From: Verrucomicrobiia bacterium
GTDB lineage: Bacteria; Verrucomicrobiota; Verrucomicrobiia; Palsa-1439
Length of the DNA stretch: 60,006 nucleotides
Reading direction: 5' to 3'
NCBI GenBank assembly: GCA_049511095.1
Contig: JBEKYJ010000003.1
Coordinates: 1 to 60,006 of the forward strand
Positions 54,442-60,006 of this stretch are shown here, one piece after another (positions within the stretch are counted from its first letter, which is position 1; each line of letters starts with the position of its first letter). Both the position numbers and the translations under genes were made by a program. The notes beneath the pieces were generated by a model, which was given only the letters and a program-made list of their open reading frames with translations, made no database searches and was not told where the DNA came from.

Positions 54442-55899
54442 CTAGCCGCCGTCCGTAATCAGGAAGTTCTTAAACTGCCAAGGATCATCCCAGTCCACCG
54501 CCGGATTGTTATGCCCGTGAAACGCGTTGCTGTAGTGCTTCAACGGCGTCCAATCCGCGGGTTTGGAGATCCACTTGCCGAGATACGGCTTGGCGATTTT
54601 CAGGATGTAATCGTGCGGCAGGTCGTCGGGCACGCAGACACCTTGGGCCGGATTCTCAACCATCCACATGACCGCCGCGACGACCGAGACGGCGACCTGC
54701 ATGGTGGTGGCATTCTGGTGCGGCACCAACCGACGAGATTCCTCGATGCTCAGGTCACTGCCGACCCACCACGACTGGTACGCGTGCCCCATCAACAGCG
54801 CGCCGAGAATGTCCGAGCCACTCGTGATCTCGTCGTTCATGATCCGTTGCTTTTCCTGCAGCCGGTAATCGTAACCGCGCAGTTCGTTAAGCGACGCGAT
54901 CGCGCTGTCGCAAGGGCAATACGCATAGTGCACCGTGGGTCGGTAGACCATCTGGCCGTTTTCCCGCACGGTCAGCCGGTCGGAAATGGTGAAGGCCTCG
55001 CCGTGACGCACGACCATGCCGTGGATGCAGTAGTTCGGCACCCACGACGACACCCACGTGTTGATACCCATTCGCGCCAAGCAAATCTGGTTGCGCGGTC
55101 CTTCCGTGTGCTCGTAGGCCAGCGACGGCAATTCTTTCTCGTGCGTGCCCCAACCCATTTCCGCCGTGGTCGTGCCCTCCTCGCGGAAGCCTTCCACGCT
55201 CCACGTGTTCACAAACTCGTTCACCAGCTTCGGCTCGTCGGTAATCTGCGTGTCGCGCTCGCTGCAGTGGATGACCTTCACGCCGAGCTTCATCGCCAGC
55301 CGGTTGAACGTCCGGTCCGTGATCAACTGCCGGATTTTCTCCGCGTCGGCGCCGGTGACCTTCTTATCGGCGATGAGCCGCCGGCCAATATCGATCAAAC
55401 CCTGTTTCGTGAAATGCGAGATGAGGCCGGGGTTCGCGCCGTGCTCGAGTACAGCGGTCGGGCCCGGCTCGCTCCACTTCGCGGTCATGCGCCGGACGTT
55501 CATGTGTCGCCAGTAAAGAGTCATTTTCTGGGGCGAGGCGTCTTGGGCGTTCTCGTACGGGTCCCACAACTCCACGGACGTGTTGACGTACAACACGCCG
55601 TTGTCGTGGCACCACTGCAAGATCTCGCAACAGTCAATGTTCCACGCCAGATCGACGAGCACATCACCCGCGCCGAGATACTTGCCCAGCAGGGTGCCGA
55701 CATTGTCGCGCGTCACGCGTTTGCGGACAAACCGCACGCCGCGTTTCACCCATGGCTGCAGCAACTCCCGCCGATCCTCGAAGTCCATGACCGTGATGTT
55801 CTTGCACGGCACATCGAGGTGTTTCGCCAGAATCGGCAACGTGCACTGCGCTACGGCACCATAGCCAACAAACAAAAGACGATTCCTGAATTCGATCAT
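54442..55899 (-). CDS. hss: homospermidine synthase
   Basis: Rossmann motif LLFVGYGAVAQCTLPIL. Bacterial HSS-length (485 aa) and characteristic blocks (DLAWNIDC, GANPGLISHF, WSVEGF). Confidence 0.85.
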   Translation of the reverse strand: MIEFRNRLLFVGYGAVAQCTLPILAKHLDVPCKNITVMDFEDRRELLQPWVKRGVRFVRKRVTRDNVGTLLGKYLGAGDVLVDLAWNIDCCEILQWCHDNGVLYVNTSVELWDPYENAQDASPQKMTLYWRHMNVRRMTAKWSEPGPTAVLEHGANPGLISHFTKQGLIDIGRRLIADKKVTGADAEKIRQLITDRTFNRLAMKLGVKVIHCSERDTQITDEPKLVNEFVNTWSVEGFREEGTTTAEMGWGTHEKELPSLAYEHTEGPRNQICLARMGINTWVSSWVPNYCIHGMVVRHGEAFTISDRLTVRENGQMVYRPTVHYAYCPCDSAIASLNELRGYDYRLQEKQRIMNDEITSGSDILGALLMGHAYQSWWVGSDLSIEESRRLVPHQNATTMQVAVSVVAAVMWMVENPAQGVCVPDDLPHDYILKIAKPYLGKWISKPADWTPLKHYSNAFHGHNNPAVDWDDPWQFKNFLITDGG

Positions 55900-56172
55900 G
55901 GGCCTCCTCTAAGACTCGCGGGTTCTCACTCTGTCTGAAATTGGATTCCATGACAAGTGTTTAGTTGGGATGACCGGGCGGGCGGGTGGAATCGTTTGCC
56001 GGGGTATGATAAAGACCGTCTGCCACATGCGCCCGGGATTTTTCATCACCGAATGGAATGCTGCCACATCGTGCTGCTCGCCACTCCCTTTGCTGCCCGG
56101 CTTCAACATGATATACTTCATTGAAACGGATATTATGATCGTACAAGAGTCAGACAGCCGCAGCCGCACGCC

Positions 56173-56352
56173 ATGAACGGGTTCCTCACCATCACCTGTC
56201 CGCATTGTGGCGAAGACTTTGAAGCCGCCTTCGATCCGAGCGAAGGCGGCGCGCAATTCGTCGTCGACTGCGAAGTCTGCTGCCGTCCGATATCTGTCAC
56301 TGTCCGCGTACGCAGCGGACAAATCGATGACGTGCAAGTCGCCGCCAGTTGA
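56173..56352 (+). CDS. CPXCG-motif cysteine-rich small protein (59 aa)
   Basis: Not in the ORF track because it is below the 60-aa cut-off. Hand translation: MNGFLTITCPHCGEDFEAAFDPSEGGAQFVVDCEVCCRPISVTVRVRSGQIDDVQVAAS. Confidence 0.7.
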   Translation: MNGFLTITCPHCGEDFEAAFDPSEGGAQFVVDCEVCCRPISVTVRVRSGQIDDVQVAAS

Positions 56353-56357
56353 AAGAC

Positions 56358-57701
56358 ATGCGTCCGCCCATCGAGAGCGCCAGCTTCTGGCTCGCGACCC
56401 GCCGCGATCACAATCCCCATCCACGACTTGAGGGAAACCGTGAAGCCGACATCGCCATTATCGGCGCGGGATTTACCGGGCTGTGGACGGCGCATTTCCT
56501 TAGACAGCTTGAGCCGAAGCACGAAATCGTCGTCCTCGAGCAAGGCGTCGCGGGCTATGGCGGTAGCGGGCGTAACGGCGGCATCGTCAGCGCCAGCATC
56601 GACCATTCCCATGCACTGGCCATCGCGCACTTTGGCCGCACCGAAGCCGAGAGACTCGCCCGGTTGGGCCTGCAGAACGTCAACGAACTCGCTGTGTTCG
56701 CCTCGGACTGCGACTTCGAGCGCACGGGACAATTACTGGTCGCACTGACGCCGACACAGGTTGACGAATGCCGGCACTCTGTCGCGATCGCGTGCGACCT
56801 CGGGCTCGAGGGTCACCGCTTCCTCTCCGTCGACGAGATGTGCGCCGAAATCAACTCGCCGCTGTATCGTGGCGCATCGTTTGCACCGGGCGGCGGCGTC
56901 ATCGATCCGATCAAGCTCGTCGATAAACTCACGCGGGGCGTGCGTTTGTTTGAGCGAACAAAGGTGCGGGGCGCTGGCGGCGGCGTGGTGCAGGTGGAGG
57001 GTGGCACGGTTACCGCGCGCAAGGTCGTGCTCGCCACCAACGCCTACTCGCACCTCCTGTTTCCCCAACTGGCGCGGAGATTCATTCCGTTGTACGATTA
57101 TATCCTCGTCAGCGAGCCGTTGACAGAGGCGCAACGCCTGGCGATCGGTTGGCGAAACCGACAAGGCGTGACGGATGGACGGACATTCTTCAATTACTAC
57201 CGCCTCACCGCCGACGGACGGATTCTCTGGGGCACCAGTGAGGCGATGTACTATCCGCCCAATCGCGTGGACGAATCGTGCGATCACTCGGAGCCGCACT
57301 ACGCCATGCTGCGGGAAAGTTTCCGCCGGCATTTTCCCCAACTGGCAGACCTCGCGTTTCCATTCGCTTGGGGCGGGCCGATCGCCTCAACGACGCGGTT
57401 GACACCATTTTTCGGTTCGCTGAAACGGGGGCGCGTCTTGTACGGCCTCGGGTACACGGGTCACGGCATCGGCAGCACACGCATCGCGGGAAAAATCCTC
57501 GCACATATGGCCCTCGCCCGTTCCCACGAACTACGGGACTTGGCGATGGTTCAGCGCCAACCGTTCCCCTATCCACCCGAACCGCTGCGCCGGCTCGCCG
57601 TCAACACCGTGACGAATGCGCTCCGCCGTGTGGACGCGGGCCGGAAACCAAGTATGTTGCTGCGAGTACTCGATGCACTGGGCATCGGGTTTTCGAGCTG
57701 A
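56358..57701 (+). CDS. FAD-dependent oxidoreductase (DAO family, PuuB-like)
   Basis: Dinucleotide-binding motif DIAIIGAGFTGLWTA and GGSGRNGG. The ORF is open from TTG 56349. Confidence 0.85.
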   Translation: MRPPIESASFWLATRRDHNPHPRLEGNREADIAIIGAGFTGLWTAHFLRQLEPKHEIVVLEQGVAGYGGSGRNGGIVSASIDHSHALAIAHFGRTEAERLARLGLQNVNELAVFASDCDFERTGQLLVALTPTQVDECRHSVAIACDLGLEGHRFLSVDEMCAEINSPLYRGASFAPGGGVIDPIKLVDKLTRGVRLFERTKVRGAGGGVVQVEGGTVTARKVVLATNAYSHLLFPQLARRFIPLYDYILVSEPLTEAQRLAIGWRNRQGVTDGRTFFNYYRLTADGRILWGTSEAMYYPPNRVDESCDHSEPHYAMLRESFRRHFPQLADLAFPFAWGGPIASTTRLTPFFGSLKRGRVLYGLGYTGHGIGSTRIAGKILAHMALARSHELRDLAMVQRQPFPYPPEPLRRLAVNTVTNALRRVDAGRKPSMLLRVLDALGIGFSS

Positions 57702-57702
57702 C

Positions 57703-58755
57703 ATGCCACCACATAACATCCATGGGCGCGGGTCAACGGAGAATCCGCCGAACCGTTTCGAGCACACCGCCTACGAGCGGGACCTCGAGTGGAATGAACC
57801 CGACGATCCCGCGCCAAGAACGCAGTTTTACCGGGACGCCAGCGCCTCGATCATCACGCGGAACGACAGCCCCGACGTTGGTTTTGAAGCAAGCGTCAAC
57901 CCCTATCGCGGTTGCGAGCACGGCTGCATCTATTGTTATGCCCGGCCGTACCACGAATACCTGGGTTTTTCGGCGGGACTCGATTTCGAGACCAAGATCG
58001 TGGTCAAGGAGAACGCGCCGGAGTTGCTGCGCTGCGAATTGTCATCGCCGAAGTGGAAGCCGCAACCGCTGGCCATGAGCGGCGTGACCGATCCGTACCA
58101 GCCGATCGAACGACGGCTGCAACTGACCCGCCAGTGCCTGCAGGTGCTCGTCGAATTCCGCAATCCCGTCGTCATCATTACAAAAAATCTCCTTGTCACC
58201 CGCGACATCGATCTGCTTGCCGACCTCGCGCGGGACAATGCCGCGGCCGTGCTTCTCTCCGTCACCACCCTCGACGCCGATCTGGCCCGCATCATGGAAC
58301 CGCGCACGGCACAACCCGCGGCGCGTTTGCGGGCGATCAAGGAATTGACGAACGCGGGCGTGCCCGTGGGCGTGATGGCGGCGCCGGTGATTCCCGGCCT
58401 CACCGACCACGAGTTGCCCGCCATCGTGAAGGCCGCAGCGGATGCGGGCGCACGATTTGCTGGAATGGTCCCCGTCCGTCTCCCGTATGCCGTGGCGGAC
58501 TTGTTTCAACAATGGTTGGAGCGCCATCTGCCCGAGCGCAAACACAAGGTGCTCGCGCAAATCCGAGCCATCCGCAACGGGAAACTGGACGATTCTGATC
58601 TTGGCTCACGCATGACGGGACATGGGGTGTTTGCCCGGCAAATGGCGAAGATGTTCGCGGTGGCGTGTCGCCGAGCCGGCTTCCCGGAGCGCGGGCCGCA
58701 TCTTTCGACCGCTGCCTTCCGTCGTCCTTCGAGCGCGCAGATGGAATTGCTCTAG
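57703..58755 (+). CDS. PA0069-family radical SAM protein
   Basis: GRGSTENPPNRFE N-terminus and CEHGCIYCY CxxxCxxC cluster. ATG 57703. Confidence 0.85.
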   Translation: MPPHNIHGRGSTENPPNRFEHTAYERDLEWNEPDDPAPRTQFYRDASASIITRNDSPDVGFEASVNPYRGCEHGCIYCYARPYHEYLGFSAGLDFETKIVVKENAPELLRCELSSPKWKPQPLAMSGVTDPYQPIERRLQLTRQCLQVLVEFRNPVVIITKNLLVTRDIDLLADLARDNAAAVLLSVTTLDADLARIMEPRTAQPAARLRAIKELTNAGVPVGVMAAPVIPGLTDHELPAIVKAAADAGARFAGMVPVRLPYAVADLFQQWLERHLPERKHKVLAQIRAIRNGKLDDSDLGSRMTGHGVFARQMAKMFAVACRRAGFPERGPHLSTAAFRRPSSAQMELL

Positions 58756-58811
58756 TCCTCAGTCCTGCTTTGGTACAACCAAAATGGAGCCCCGGTGTTA
58801 TAGTAGGTAAC

Positions 58812-60006
58812 ATGAGAACGGGTCGCATCTCGCAACATGTGACTGGCCTCTTCGCTGCCTCACTCTCAGTCTTCGTCGCGACGCTGCTTCTTAACATGCC
58901 CGCACAGGCAGACGACCAACCCCTCACGGACCGCCAGAGAATCATCCATGTCCTCAATCGCCTCGGCTACGGTCCGCGCCCGGGCGACGTGGAGCGCGTC
59001 GGGAAAATGGGACTCCAGAACTATCTCCAGCAGCAGTTGCATCCGGAGAGAATCGACGATTCCGCGCTCCGGGCGGACTTGGCTAAATACGATATCCTCA
59101 CGATGGATGCGTCCGAACTCACCAGGACCTTCCGCGAAGAGCAGGAGGCGCAAAGGCAGCGCCAGCGCGAGCAGGCAGAGGCCGAGAAGAAGATCGGGAT
59201 GAACGGCACTCCAGGCGGTTCATCCACCAATATGGACCAGCGTCCGCCCTCCGCGAATCGCCGCCCGAACGGGGATAGTCCCCGCCGCTCATTCATCGCC
59301 GTGGCGGAACTGCAAGACGCCAAGATCATCAGCGCCATCGAATCGCCGCGCCAGATCTACGAAGTGCTGGTCGATTTCTGGAGCAACCATTTCAACATCG
59401 ATGTCCGCAAGGGCCCCTGCCGTGTCCTGAAAGTCGTCGATGAACGCGAGGTTATCCGACCGCATGTGCTCGGCAAGTTCCGCGATCTGCTCGAAGCCTC
59501 TGCGAAAAGCCCCGCCATGTTGCATTATCTGGATAACTTCCAGAATTCCGTGTCGCGCGAGATGTCTCCCAACGAACAGCGCCTCCGTCAGCGAGTCCTG
59601 CCGCAAACTCCCAACGCACCGGTACAACCGGCCGATAACAAGCCTCGCACGGTGGGTGGCATCAATGAGAATTACGCGCGCGAGATCATGGAGCTTCATA
59701 CGCTGGGTGTGGATGGCGGCTACACCCAGAAGGACGTGCAGGAAGTGGCGCGCTGTTTCACGGGCTGGACGGTGAACCAATCGACCGGCGAATTTGCCTT
59801 TGCGCCCCGTCGCCACGACGATGGCCCGAAGACGGTGCTCGGCCACGCCATCCCGCCCAATGGCGGCATCAAGGACGGTGAGATGGTGCTCGATATTCTG
59901 GCATCGCATCCCTCCGCCGCAAAGTTCATTGCCACTAAACTGTGTCGCCGCCTGGTTTCCGACGACCCGCCGCTCGCGCTGGTGGATCACATCGCCAGCG
60001 TGTTTC
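58812..60006 (+). CDS. DUF1800 domain-containing protein (3-prime partial, runs off the window)
   Basis: Not in the ORF track because no stop falls inside the window. Hand translation gives a signal peptide, then LNRLGYGPRPGD, FWSNHFN, NENYAREIMELHTLGVDGGYTQKDV, FTGWT. Confidence 0.8.
   Translation, partial: MRTGRISQHVTGLFAASLSVFVATLLLNMPAQADDQPLTDRQRIIHVLNRLGYGPRPGDVERVGKMGLQNYLQQQLHPERIDDSALRADLAKYDILTMDASELTRTFREEQEAQRQRQREQAEAEKKIGMNGTPGGSSTNMDQRPPSANRRPNGDSPRRSFIAVAELQDAKIISAIESPRQIYEVLVDFWSNHFNIDVRKGPCRVLKVVDEREVIRPHVLGKFRDLLEASAKSPAMLHYLDNFQNSVSREMSPNEQRLRQRVLPQTPNAPVQPADNKPRTVGGINENYAREIMELHTLGVDGGYTQKDVQEVARCFTGWTVNQSTGEFAFAPRRHDDGPKTVLGHAIPPNGGIKDGEMVLDILASHPSAAKFIATKLCRRLVSDDPPLALVDHIASVF

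Overview
GC-rich bacterial chromosomal segment with about 50 genes. Several features suggest a PVC-group, Verrucomicrobiota-like organism, but this is inference only. These features are DUF1800, a HEAT-repeat lipoprotein, secreted-protein modules with a DADGTGQNNLFKY motif, WD40 proteins, and GC-rich hairpin repeats ending in CCCTACC.

Layout by coordinate:
- 0.2-8.3 kb: RND efflux locus (adaptor, RND permease fused in frame to its outer-membrane factor) flanked by two TetR genes. One TetR carries an in-frame TAA.
- 8.4-12.5 kb: accessory scar. It holds a 3-prime relic of another OMF gene, an N-terminally truncated DDE transposase, and a lower-GC secreted metzincin with a tandemly duplicated C-terminal module.
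- 13-17 kb: GT-C type membrane glycosyltransferase, small hypotheticals, and two divergent orphan response regulators.
- 17-25.5 kb: housekeeping genes (zwf-opcA, purD, an S41-like protein) and a single ORF fusing an LMW phosphatase, RpiB and serine hydroxymethyltransferase.
- 25.5-27.9 kb: a membrane spermidine-synthase-like gene bracketed by diverged direct repeats of the glyA 3-prime end.
- 28.1-31.3 kb: a 1053-aa WD40-Roc GTPase-COR-zinc ribbon-class III nucleotidyl cyclase protein. I rank this the most interesting object in the window.
- 31.3-32.0 kb: repeat-rich and AT-rich non-coding DNA.
- 32-38 kb: fba, an ECF sigma (in-frame TAG) / anti-sigma / catalytically dead HtrA operon, a polyprenyl synthase, a HEAT lipoprotein and a PUR-alpha-like protein.
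- 38-57.7 kb: a large polyamine island. It holds three aldehyde dehydrogenases, GabT, a saccharopine-dehydrogenase-like enzyme, a disrupted PatA-like aminotransferase, a porin, potABCD, an ornithine-decarboxylase-like gene, homospermidine synthase and a PuuB-like FAD oxidase.
- 57.7-60 kb: a PA0069-type radical SAM gene and a partial DUF1800 gene.

No rRNA, tRNA or CRISPR array was recognised. All family assignments come from reading motifs in the translated ORFs; no database search was run.
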